From Rhynchobatus australiae (Eukaryota): 64,000 nucleotides of DNA. Shown here piece by piece: positions 52,090 through 64,000 of the stretch. The stretch covers positions 15,059,485-15,123,484 of the forward strand of contig JAUZTB010000063.1 of assembly GCA_034780895.1 (NCBI GenBank), written 5' to 3'. The notes beneath the pieces were generated by a model that saw nothing but the letters and a program-made list of their open reading frames with translations, had not been told where the DNA came from and ran no database searches. The position numbers and the translations under genes are program-made. Each line of letters starts with the position of its first letter. Within the stretch, counting starts at the first letter, position 1.

Positions 52090-52960
52090 GTTGTACAGAA
52101 TTGTACAGCAGAGAAATGACCCCTTTCAACCCACGTCGTCCATGCCAACTGTGTTGCCTATCCATGCTGATCATATTTGCCTACATTCGGCGTGGATCCC
52201 TCGATGCCTTTCCTATCCAAATACCTCTTCATACGCCTTATAAACGTGCTCTGCTTCCATTACCACCTCTGGCAGTTTGTTCTGGATATTCACCACCACC
52301 TGTGTGATCTCCTTTAAATTTCTGTCTTTTTACTTTAAAACTCTTTCCCTGTCCCTCATAATTTTATAATCACCCCCTCAACCTTCCACGTTCCAGTGAG
52401 AATAAACCCAGCCTATCTAATCTCTCCTTATAACTACAGCCCTCCATCTAATCTCTCCTTATAACTACAGCCAACATCCTGCTGAATCTCTTCTGCACTC
52501 TTCCTATTGCTTTCATAATCTTCTTGTGTGACGACTAGAACTATACACAATAGCCTCAGTACCATCTAACCATTGTTTTGTACAACTTCAATATGATGTC
52601 CCAATTGCTATACTCAATGCCTTGGCCTATGAAGGCGAACAACCAACTACCTTTTTCACTACCCTCTTCACATGTGTCACTAATTTCAGGGTGCTATCGA
52701 CTTGTACTCCTAGTTTTCTCTGTACATCAACACTGCAAAGGCCCCTAGTTACTTCATATAACCTACCAGAATTTGACTTCCCAAATTGCATTACCTTACA
52801 CTTGCCTGGATTAAATTCCATCTGCCACTTCTCTGCTCAGCTTTCCAGCTGATCTATATCTTTAGACAACCTTCTTCGCTATGTTGGACTCCATCAATTT
52901 TCATGTAGTCTGCAAATTTGCTAATCATATCACCTACACTCTCATCGATATATACAAACA
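52090..52960 (-). mobile_element. CR1 fragment
   Basis: MEFNPGKCKVMQFGKSN…QRKLGVQVDSTLK…; contains an internal tandem duplication of atctaatctctccttataactacagcc (52416-52472). Confidence 0.9.
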
Positions 52961-53089
52961 ACAAAGATATTGTACAAAGAACAAAAACAAATAATTTATT
53001 TCAGATTTTTGATGTTTTCGAGGTGTGTAACTCCCATTAATTTCATTGATGAAAATTCTAAAGTTTCCTGAGCTTTTTGTTACATGGTA

Positions 53090-53470
53090 TGTTGGCACTG
53101 CAGGCAAGGCCAGTGTTCATTGACCGTATTCCACTGCCTTTGAGAAACTGATGATGAACTGCCACCTTGAACTACTATAGTCATGTGGTGAATGTGCTCC
53201 CATAATGTTATTAAGGACTTTAGCCCAATGACAGTAAAGCAATGTATGAGGTCTTAGCAAGGAGCTGTGCTACTTGGTGGGGAACTTGAAGGTGGTGATG
53301 CTCTCAAGTGAATACTACACTTGTCTTTCTGGTGTTGATGGTTATGGATTTAAGTAGTGCTTTCAAAGAAGACAGTGCAACTTGCAGATGGAAGTAGTGA
53401 ATGTTCAAAGTAATGGTTGAGATGCTAATCAGATGGACTGCTTTATCTCGGATACCATTCTGGATGCACC
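53090..53470 (-). mobile_element. L2-group LINE 3' fragment
   Basis: IRDKAVHLIS plus the 3' motif ggcactgcaggcaaggccag…ccttgaac, similar to 56995-57170. Confidence 0.55.
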
Positions 53471-53876
53471 TCCAACAACTGCTACTGCCATCTATATATA
53501 GACTAATGTGGCAAAACATGCCAAGGTCATCCTCATTTTTTGAGTAGGCTGTAAAATTTTTTAATTAGCCATTTAAGGCTATTTGATATTCAACTGGGAA
53601 GTCCAAACTTCTGGCTTCAGAGGGCCATTTTAAGGTTGGGCAGAAGCTTGCAGACTAAAATTGATTCCAGGATTTGTTTTCACCTTGGTCCCACCTGGTG
53701 ACTGTACGGCACTCAAAATGATGATAAACAACATGCAGCATTCATCGGTTATTACTTCTGCAAAATTAAACTGTACAAAACTTTGAAAAGGTCCACAAAA
53801 ACTTTGAAGAGACATGAATCTTCTACAGGTTTATGCTGCTGTTCTTTTATTACTGATCATTCAGCCCTCTGACACT

Positions 53877-54130
53877 TGTTACGGACCAGCAACAACAGAA
53901 ACACACCGAGACTCGTATAAGTGTTAAAAACTACTTTATTAATAACTACTTATGATAATAAGTAAAATAAAAGTAAAAATGTTAGAAGTAANNNNNNNNN
54001 NNNNNNNNNNNNNNNNNNNNNNNNNNNNNNNNNNNNNNNNNNNNNNNNNNNNNNNNNNNNNNNNNNNNNNNNNNNNNNNNNNNNNNNNNNNATCTTAAAG
54101 GAACCTCACTAACAGTCCTAGTCCGTAACA
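53877..54130 (-). mobile_element. Solo LTR (Gypsy-like) with 4-bp TSD, internal gap
   Basis: Perfect 10-bp terminal inverted repeat TGTTACGGAC…GTCCGTAACA, flanked by CACT on both sides; TTTATT near the left end gives AATAAA on the minus strand. Confidence 0.85.
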
Positions 54131-54824
54131 CACTCATTGTTGATGTTCTTAGTTACCATGTGCCACATTCCTTAACTCATAATCAGCCCCAGTCATCTTT
54201 CTGATTCCCTTTCCCTCTTCCACCCCACTGCAGTGCAGGAGTTCACTATTGTAGTAGTATGATAGTTTGGGCATCACACATGATAGGATGTGCAACCCCC
54301 CCACTTCAGTCAACCAAGCCAAAGTTCACACCAGGTTATGGTTCTAGCTTAGCTGGTTGTACTAAGATATCTCATTAAGATAAGCCATCATGAGTGCTTC
54401 CAAAATGTATCTGGTTCCATTCTGTCAAGAAACCTGAGAGTGATTATTTATTTTTATTAGTGTTTGCCAATTAAGACCTAATTTATTTCTTTCAATGTTG
54501 AATTGAAAACTAAAAATGTGCAAGAAGATTTAAGAAGTATTTATTTTGTGCTGTAATGGAGCATAAGAACCTAAACTCTTGAGCTTTTTACTGTTAGCAG
54601 TGGTAATTTGTTCCTGATAATCTTCCCTATCTAGNNNNNNNNNNNNNNNNNNNNNNNNNNNNNNNNNNNNNNNNNNNNNNNNNNNNNNNNNNNNNNNNNN
54701 NNNNNNNNNNNNNNNNNNNNNNNNNNNNNNNNNNTCAATTCTTCTTGAAGATGTGTGTAAATGTTAGGTAAAGATGACATTGAGTTCCCAACCGCCTAGC
54801 ATGAACATAAGTCTTACATTATTA

Positions 54825-55490
54825 GAATATAACAAATAGAAGCAGAAATGGGCCCATTCAACCACTAGCACCTGCCCTATTACTCAGTAAAAATCATGCC
54901 TGATCTTTTACCTCAGTGCCAGTTTCCTGTACTACCTATATCCATTGACTTTAGATATCCATGATATCTGAAAACATCAACCTTTGTCTTGAATGTACTG
55001 AGCAACTGAACCTCCACAGCCCACTTGGGGTCAGTTTAATCTCTCTATATGAAACTAACTCACCAACCCAGTACTCAATCTGGTGGACATTAACACTCTT
55101 TCTGTGTCACATGTATGCCCTTCTTTAGGTAGGAAGGCCAGACCTGTACACACTATTCCTGATGCTATTTCATGATGGCCTTGTATAAGTGGAGCAAGAT
55201 ATCTCTACTCTTGTACTCAGATCACTTTGCAATAAATGCCAATATGCTATTTGCCGTGATCATTACTTTCCGTACCTATATATTAACTTTAAGTGATATC
55301 TGCATATGAGTACACAGCTCTTTCTGTCCTCCAACCACTTTCAAATTCTCACTGTTTAAAAACTAATTTATCTTTCTATTTTTTTCTATGGAAGTGGATA
55401 ACCCCACATTTTTCCACATTATATTCCATCTTCCATCTCCTTGCCCCTTTATTTAACCTGTTCATTAACCCTGAAGCCTCTACATTCATC
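54825..55490 (-). mobile_element. Degraded CR1 fragment
   Basis: Minus strand WNIMWKNVGLSTS-like region (MEYNVEKCGVIHF in the RT frame) and a CR1 3' end near 54830-54900. Confidence 0.75.
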
Positions 55491-56499
55491 CCTCAGTCCA
55501 CACCTGTACCTTGCAATTTATCATTATTACATGAGGCACTCCATATTTAAATAGAAAAATGGCTGTCTCATACAAAATCAATGTGGGATGTCCTTTTTCT
55601 AGTATAGTTTTCCTAACCTGGGCATCTGATTTGCAAAGGTATAGTCCTGGGCCAGTTCTGATTATTTATCCTCAAGCCATTCAAGTGAAACAATTATCAG
55701 TATTTTGTGGACAATAATGAGCACTGTTGGCTCGGCCCTGAGATCCAAATTAAATTCAAACTTCCCTCGGGACTTGACTTCCAATGGAGGCTTCAGGGAA
55801 CCTTTGAAAAGAAGCCCATCTTACAATACTTTGGGTGCCATCTAGGCCTGATATCAAATAATGTTATTTAACTACTGCTGCAACAGTAGGGGAAGAAAAC
55901 AAGTGGTTGAGCACAGTATGGAAAAGGATAGCACAACAGAAATATGATTTTCAGCTCTCCAATACAACGTCAGAAACAGTAGGCTGAGTTATGATTCCTT
56001 CCATGGTTGAAATGACTGTCAGCGAATTCTATATTAGTGACTTGGCTGCATGGGCAGTGTTACACATCAGTGAACATCTGTGCTTTTTGGGGGCAATGTA
56101 GGGGGATTAAAGAAGAGTTGGTAGTACAAATGTCACTGTTGAAAAATGTCATTATAACACAGGTTTTATCCTTTCACAATGTCAGGAAGTGAGTTTCTCC
56201 AAATGTTAAAATGCTTAGAGCTGTATAGGCTGACTGTTAGATCTGCCTATAGTAAAAGGGCATGTGTTTTCACAAGAGTGCTTTTAGGGAGTCAGTCTTG
56301 CAAGATGTCCCACAGCTTCAAGTGCCAAATTTGCATATTAACGTAAGTGAAACAAGAATTCCATATGGATGTTTGTGCTCATTTTCATCTTTTTGCCATT
56401 TTATTACTGGACTTTGTTGCTCTATCTATGATTGGCAAATTCATTTCCATCTAACTACTTAGTGAAATAAGCAGGGGAAGAAAAAGCATGACCAATGGG

Positions 56500-56610
56500 T
56501 TAGTTGATCTATGTCTTTATAAGAACAATGACTGTACATTAAAATTAACTAATTGTCTGTGAAATGCTTTGAGGCATCTTGAGGATGTGAAAGGCATTAT
56601 AAATGCAGCT
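56500..56610 (+). mobile_element. Deu-domain SINE tail remnant
   Basis: aacaatgactgtacattaaaa…tgtgaaatgctttgaggcatcttgaggatgtgaaaggcattataaatgca. Confidence 0.55.
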
Positions 56611-56994
56611 GCAGTCAATAGAGGTTGCTGTTCCTTTCATTTAAATGGAATGGTGCACATTAACTAGTTTCTAAATTTGTGTCGAGGTCCTTGTCTCCTG
56701 TAGATAACATTATGCATGATCTTAGAACAGCCCCCATGCATGTGCTCAGTTCACAGGTTTGTATTTTAATATATATTTCTGTCTTCCCACAACTCGCCTT
56801 TAAAAGCTCCTCAAAACTTTATTTCTTTTTTGCCAGTGATCACCTTTCCAGCATCCACTTGTGTTTGATGAACAGTACTTACTGCTATCATGTTCTTTGA
56901 AATATTTACATAAAAATGCTATGCAGTTGCATAATTCGTGAACTTGGCTAAATCTCTAGAATGTTTTATGGCTTATAGTTCTTTTATTCATTTT

Positions 56995-57300
56995 TTGGGG
57001 ATCTGTGCTTTGCTGCCAAGACTTCTTTTCCTTTTGTTCATCCCTAATTGTCCTTGATGAGGTGGTGGTTAGCTACTTTCTTGCACCTTTGCTCTGAAGG
57101 TATTCCCACTATGCTACTGTGTAAGAGAATTCCAAGATTAAGACCCAGCAAGGAACAGTGATATATTTCCATAAAACTATAAAAAGTAGAGCATTCAACC
57201 CCTCAAACTTGCTCCACCATTCAGTGGGATCATGGCTGATCTGTTATTACTTATCCACTTTCCTACCCTTTCTCCATAACCCTCAATTCCATCTTGGGAA
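56995..57300 (-). mobile_element. L2-group 3' end followed by a CR1 3' end
   Basis: catccctaattgtccttgatgaggtggtggttagc… then cattcaacccctcaaacttgctccaccattca…gatcatggctgatctg. Confidence 0.55.
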
Positions 57301-58849
57301 AAGAGCATTCCTACTTTTTTATTTCAAGTTAGCTTTGCATAAAGTGATTAAAAACAGTATTTGGGATGGAATTGTTATCTGGTTAGCAAAAAGGGGGAAA
57401 AATTAAAATCTTCCACTTTATGATCAGATCTTCCATATACCTGGCTCTTGCAATAAATACGTGTTTTGTCACAGTGGTACAGCAGCATTTGCCAAATTCA
57501 TATATTTGGGAGTAAGAGGAAGAGAGCTTCTGAATTGCATTTGTTCCTATGGCATTTTATTCTATCAACTGGATGCTTATTGCTGTACAGTAGTTACTCT
57601 GGATTGTCCGGAGAGTGGAGATTTGTTTGAAGCTGAGTAGGCGGCTTTACACAGATGAAGGTAATTGCAAAATTTTTCATCATCACAAACCTCATCTGGA
57701 AAGTTAAATGGCTGTGAGGTGGTTGAGAGGCAAGAGCAGTTCCTTTGACATGCCTGATTATTACAGAAATGAATGAAAGATGAAGGACACTGCATAGGCT
57801 GTGAAACCTTTTGTAGTGAGGGGTTCCAGGGCTCTAACACTTCAGGGAGCATTAACCCTCCAAAAAATGCCTCAACCTCTGTTTCACCTCAGAAGCTCGC
57901 ACTGTAACTGTTGAAGTTTATTCAGGGAAGACCGTTACTCAAATTACGCAGTATGTGTTTGTTGGATTAATGGAATATCGAGAAGTGAATCGCAGTGAAA
58001 TCTAATCAAGGGAGTTGGATTTATGAAGCACTCTTGCTTTACAATCAAGTTATCTGATGATATTTGAAGTCCACAATTAAATTTCATCCTGTACCTCACT
58101 CCCAAGATTTGTTTATCTCCTAATGTTCGTAATACAACATTACCTCAATCAAACTGGACAAGGGTTTCTAATCAGTATGGTTCTTGGTGAGCTTGTTTTG
58201 AGCACAGACTTTAATGGCACTTATTTCAGTTGAACCAGATTTCTGTTGTGAGCTAGTTGTTCTTAATAGCAAGTGAAGCAGCAGTGGGATAATTGGAAAC
58301 AGGCAGATTCAAGAGGAACATTAGAGATGCCAGCCTCAAGATCTGAAGGCTACAGATGGGCTTTCTCCAAGGTACAATTGCTATCAGTGTGTAGCCATAC
58401 TACGATGCAAATTTCCAATCTGAAAAGTTGTGCTTGATCAGCCCTGATTAACACTTAAATTAGAATTGATGTAGTTTTAGTCTAGGGATGGAATGGTGGT
58501 GGGATATTACCTGTCCCTGCATGGCTTAATGATGAGCTTCGAGGGCTTTGTGTGTTTATTCAGAGCAAGAAAATCAAGATTCAGTTTTGTGAATTGCCAC
58601 GATTAGTAGCCACTGTTAATTGAACTGAAAGCTTAAAATACAGATTTGGATAGAACCAGTTCTGAGCTAGTCTGAAAAGAGAATCCCAAATGGTAAAAAA
58701 TCTGTGTGTTATTAGTAACGAATGGTTCCAGCAGGTGTTCTTCATTTNNNNNNNNNNNNNNNNNNNNNNNNNNNNNNNNNAAGAATTTTACACAGAAGGC
58801 AGTAGCAGTTATTGGAGACAGAGACCGTAAATGTGTAAGGAGGTAAATG

Positions 58850-59012
58850 TGTAAAGAGTTTGTACATTCTCCCCGTGACTGCATGTGTTTCCTCCAGGTG
58901 CTCTGGTTTCCTCCCACATTCTAAAGATGTATGGGCTAGTAGGTTAACATGGGTGTAATTGGGCAGTGCGGGCTTATTGGGCCAGGAGGGCCTGTTACCA
59001 TGCTGTATAAAC
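58850..59012 (+). mobile_element. V-SINE
   Basis: Well preserved V-domain gagtttgtacattctccccgtgactgcatgtgtttcctccaggtgctctggtttcctcccacattctaaaga with CR1-like tail gggcctgttaccatgctgtat. Confidence 0.88.
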
Positions 59013-59249
59013 TTTAAAGTAAAATTTAAATACATTAAAAAAAATAAGTGCCAGATGTATACTTGAAGAGCTGTGACCTGCAGAGCTAGGGATCAAGTGC
59101 CCTCTCTGTCCCACCTTTCCAGTCCACCATACCCTCTTTCTCTCCCTTCCCTCCCCCTCATCCCTTCCATCTGGTCACTGCCTCCCCCCCGCACCAACTG
59201 CATGATGTCAATGCCCCCACTTGCAATGCCCTTGCTCACCTTCCTCTCT

Positions 59250-59556
59250 CCCACCTGGTCACCCCATACAGGAAAGGTAGGGATTTGGAAAGGGTGCAGA
59301 AGAGGTTCACTGCAGTCTGCCTGAAATAGAGGGCATGAGCTATAAAGAGAGGTTGGACGAACTTGGGTTGTTTTTTTCTGGTGCACCGGAGGCTGAGGGT
59401 AGACCTGATAGAAGTTTATAAAATTATGAGAGACATAGGATGTGCATTCAGAGTCTTTTTCCCATGGTAGAAATGTCAAGTAGTAGAGGGCATACATTTA
59501 AGGTGAGAGAGGTAAGTTTAAAGGAGATATGCAGAGCAAGTTTTTTTTACACAGAA
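59250..59556 (+). mobile_element. CR1 fragment
   Basis: tggtcaccccatacaggaaagg…gggtgcagaagaggttcac…ggaggctgagggtagacctgatagaagtttataaaattatgagag. Confidence 0.88.
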
Positions 59557-62500
59557 ATTAGAAACAAGAATCCATAGAATGGAAGGCAGACCTTGGAATT
59601 ATGGTTATAAATTAACATCTTGTTGAGAGGAGCCAGGGATAAAAATTTCATAAGCTGTACTCTGAGATTTATGTTGCATTTGTGCACTGTATCTCTTTCC
59701 CACTTCATGTCTAACTTCACCATCATCCTTTTCAGTCCTCCCTTGAAGCAAGAACCTCAGAAAACAGTACTTCATGATTATACCAGAAACTTTTCAGCCC
59801 TCTGGCCTTAACACCGACTTTATGGAGGGCCAAAAGCACCAGCATTTCTGGCAATGGACCAGGAGTAAACTGGTGTTTAGAAATAACATCTGGCTAGATC
59901 TCAGATCCCTTTACTACTTTATTCTCATTGTTTCTTACCTTTTGATGAATAAATGGTCCCCTTTTTCAATGTCCAGAAATGAATCATCTCACAATTTCAT
60001 TTGTGTACTCTTCTTCACTTTGCAGGGCTGCTTTAGCAATGGATGTACTCTTCGGAATAATAACCATAACTTTTCTCAGCAGAAGAGCTGATTCAAATTG
60101 TGAGCATGACCATTCCTGGTGTTACTCAGACCAACACATGCAAGGAATTACTCTGGTTCCTTTTGACTCTCACTCCTCCTCTTCGATTTGTACATACGCT
60201 AAGTTTCCCTAGTGTCTACCAACGCATCTCTTCATCCAATTATTGCCTAGTATTGAACTTCCATCATAGATTTTTGAATAACTGCAGGTTCTGATGTACA
60301 TGCATTTTTTCAGGAGGCTGCTTTACTCCATGGACTAACTGCTGTCCATGTCTGTAGTTTTGCCAATTGTCTGCTCTGTCCTTATTGAAAATATCAATAT
60401 TCAAGGAGCTCTGCTTGGCACAATAACCTAGCCATGTAGTGTTATTTTTAAAACAAAAGTCAATGATTTTGCTGCTATTGACCATGGATTTTCTTTTATA
60501 AGTAAGAGTTTGTCGACATTCTTATGAATACTGAATAAGGTTCTTCAGTGCCACTCACTTGCCTTGCTTTTTAAATTGAAAGAAAATAATTCAGTGTTTA
60601 ATTATTCATTAGTTGTGATATTTTGCTTAAATTACTAAAGTTACAGAATCATGGAGTCCATGTACATTCACATATCTGTAATTATATACGTCTTAAATTC
60701 ATCCATTCTCCTTTTCATTTCCAAATAATTTCCTTCCACCACCACCCCCCCCCCCCCCCCGTGTGCTATTTAAATAGGAACATCAGGCCTTTGTGTCTCA
60801 TTCAGTTCTGAAAAAAAGATACAAAGTTGAAAGTGATCTGCAGACAGCATATCTGTTACAAGAGAAACAATGTTAGTAGTCTGTAACATATATATCTCTT
60901 GACAATTATTCTGCCGAAAACCCCCAGTAAGGCACTGCTCACGGGTAAGCTGGTTCATGTCTTGCATGACTGTGCATTGTAGAGTGCAAGTATTGAACGC
61001 AATGGAGATCACATGTCTGCATGTTTGACTTTTCATTCCACCTCTGGGCACCCAACTGAGTCCAAGTGTGGTTCCATATTATCCTGAACCAAGGAGCCTG
61101 ACACAATTTGTATCTGGCCCCTGAGCTTTATGTCAGCAACATTTCCCCTATTTAATGTTGTCCCATTTATTTGAATGGAATAACTAACCTGGACTGAATA
61201 TGTGCAGGGCCATTCCACTCTTCAGACAACAACTGCAATGGGTCATGTCAGAACAGTTATTGAGAGATATTAGATCTTTCAGGCATCTGTTGGAGCAAAG
61301 CCGCATTCGAAAGCATATGTGTTTATTGAGAACTACATTGGAATGCTAAAATAATCACTGGGCAGTGACTTAATGTAGAAAGATGTCATACCACACTTGG
61401 TTGCTGAACACTTGTGCTCATTATATATTCTTTGAAATTTCCATTACAGCCTAACAGAGGTTGTTAGCCTAGTAGCACACTATTTCTACTTGCCACATTT
61501 AAGAATCCTGGTTAAGAACTGGGAGAAATTTGACTGCATTTTATAGTATCTGAGTTTATTTTGCACCAGTATTCTTGTGTGTTTTTTTCCAAATATCTGT
61601 TAGATTTAAATAAAAATACTCCTTCTCCCATCAACTTTAAATCTTACTGTTTTTACTGATTGGCAGTTACATTATCTACTCCTATTTTCTTTGCTGGATT
61701 GAAAGAAATATATTATCTACACCATCTAATTTGATGGTGTTCCTCCCCTAATGACTCTCTTTACCTCATAACTTTACAGTTGTTATCCCAGTGGTTTGTT
61801 TCAAAAGTGACCAGTGTAAGTTATCAACCACCCAAGGAAAGTAGGCCTGAATCTTGCTGTGGTGCTGATGATGGAACTATCTGTGTTCACTGTCATTATC
61901 CAGTGAAACATACAGCCATTTTAGATTTGTATCAATGTATACTATAATGTGATGAATTCCAAAACTGCTGTCATTGATTCTGCTGTCCTGTAGGCTGTTC
62001 TACTGCAATCCAGAAAAATATTGATATGGTTTGTTGAATGAGGTCTGAGTGTTTTTAATGGCCTGCTATCTCAGAAAACAGTTTTATTATTACTTTAAGT
62101 AGTGAAAAGTGGACATTTTTACTTTTAATTCTGTTTATGGTATATCAATTTCCACCTGAACCCAATGTGCATGTTCCATTCTCCATTCAGTGCTCTGTTA
62201 AATAGTTATGTGTTAAAACTTGTGTGTTTTCCTTTCTGGTTTACTGTCTGTCAGAATTCTTTAGTAATTGAATGTTCAGCCAGCTTGATCGCATGACAAT
62301 TGCAGGATGCAAAGATTGTTTTTGAACTGATATCTGTCAGCAGCATGCATAGAAAATGGGTGTTCTTAACACAGAGGACTGGATCATTGTTTAGAAATTG
62401 TTTCAGAATCAGCAATGAGTGGTGTTACTTTCCTGCAATTAGCAAATTCCAGGCAGACAGATATTGACACAAACCCCCCTCCCCATCCCACCCTCTTTCC

Positions 62501-64000
62501 AGAAATGGGTCACATGTGCTGCCTATTTCTGTCAGGAGTGTGATTCCTGCCTTTCAACATTGCCTCAAACAGCTAAGTGTCTGTGTGTTGCCAGAGTTAT
62601 GCATTGACATCAATAAAAAAGCATAGTATCAGTTATGCACAGTAAAAATTTCAGAACTCCTTTCTTTGTATGTGTTCATATGTGCAAGTTTCAATATCAT
62701 TTATTTTATATATTTAGTACTCTTTCCCTTCTCTGCCTGTGTGATCCTTGGCAGCCTATTTCAGTTCTTCTCTATTGATGATCTCTAGATTGATAGCAGT
62801 AGCTATTTGGTTCTGTTTTAGAATATATTTCCTTTGNNNNNNNNNNNNNNNNNNNNNNNNNNNNNNNNNNNNNNNNNNNNNNNNNNNNNNNNNNNNNNNN
62901 NNNNNNNNNNNNNNNNNNNNNNNNNNNNNNNNNNNNNNNNNNNNNNNNNNNNNNNNNNNNNNNNNNNNNNNNNTACCTCTGTGCAGCATGCGTGGGTGAG
63001 ACGACTCCCCAGCCTACTCAGTGTGATATTATTGGATCCCTGGCATTCGCAAACATTGTAAATTGATGCTATAAATGCTGAAAAATAATTTCTAATCTCA
63101 CTCTTAATTTTTTAACCTATTTAACATTTTCATCCAGGCAGAAGAATGGTTGCATGTCACTTTATTATAGGGTGATTAATGCCTGAATTTCATGTGTATG
63201 TCTTCTCAATTGCTTTTGAAATGAGAATAATGCAATATTTTTATAAAATCCCAGACACTCTGAAATGTGATAAACTATGTGCCAGTTATTTTAGTAAAAC
63301 TGAAGAGCAGAGTGAAAAGATTGGCAGCTTTCATTTTGCTATTCTATCGTACATTTTGCTTGCTTGCTTTGTTCTCTGACATTATCAGTACCGTGTTCAA
63401 AGGGGCATGTTAGTGACTTGTGTCCTTTACGTGTCCACTTATGGGATGGGGTTCAGTAAGAATAGGAGAATTAATCCTTCCAAACAGCATTACTGTTCAT
63501 GGTCCTCTTGTCATAGAACTCAGTTGTAATTGTTTTTAGTTATGTTATCAATATACTCACATCTCTTGATCCTGCATGTTAAAGTTCAAATGTCAAGAAC
63601 CAGCGGCAAATGGTGCTAATTGAGAGATTGATGACATTAGTGANNNNNNNNNNNNNNNNNNNNNNNNNNNNNNNNNNNNNNNAAGTCAAGTCCAGCCCAG
63701 TTCAGACAGTAAATACCCAAATTTTCATACACATTCAGCCCCAAGGGGCCTAAATTAATTTGGGTATCATCTCAATTCAGTGCTGAAAATTTTGTGTCTG
63801 TAAGTTGACCATATAGTTTAATCATGTCAAAAAGAATGAAACCCCTCATTTAATGGGGCCTGATTATGTCTTCTGAAGCATTTCACTTACAACAAATTGC
63901 TTTGAAATTGGTTTCTGCATTACCAACCAGTGGCTATTTTATTTACATTAAGAGGCTACATTCTCCATTGTACCAGATGACAAATTAAGCATTTCTCTTT

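Noticed and set aside
60980-61300. Possible second Harbinger remnant (…GHVRTVIER…)
   Set aside because: Only one weak motif; cannot be supported by eye
1-64000. CRISPR arrays, operons, rRNA/tRNA genes, prokaryotic defence systems
   Set aside because: None seen; the sequence is vertebrate-like and the tRNA-like pieces are SINE heads

Overview
AT-rich, CpG-depleted eukaryotic DNA from a gappy draft assembly. The repeat content (CR1, V-SINE/HE1-like, Deu-domain SINE tails, Rex1/Babar, Neptune-like Penelope) points to a cartilaginous fish; that assignment is an inference. I could not identify any host protein-coding gene, so the window looks intronic or intergenic, and most of the supplied ORFs are spurious or run through N gaps. 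What the sequence does support is a layered record of transposable elements. (1) A Penelope-like (RT plus GIY-YIG) cluster at 14.5-17.4 kb with inverted arms and a minimal type I hammerhead-ribozyme motif in its tail, plus about 9 dispersed solo copies of that tail. (2) A near full-length decayed Tigger/pogo transposase (23.5-25.7 kb) split by a V-SINE. (3) A decayed PIF/Harbinger transposase (17.9-18.5 kb). (4) A stop-free L1 ORF2 3' fragment (47.8-48.4 kb). (5) Two solo LTRs. (6) Many CR1, Rex1/Babar and L2-like fragments. A few CpG-retaining non-repeat patches, two of them with minus-strand splice signals, are candidate exons or conserved elements. All family calls come from manual translation and motif recognition, not database searches, and most repeat boundaries are approximate.
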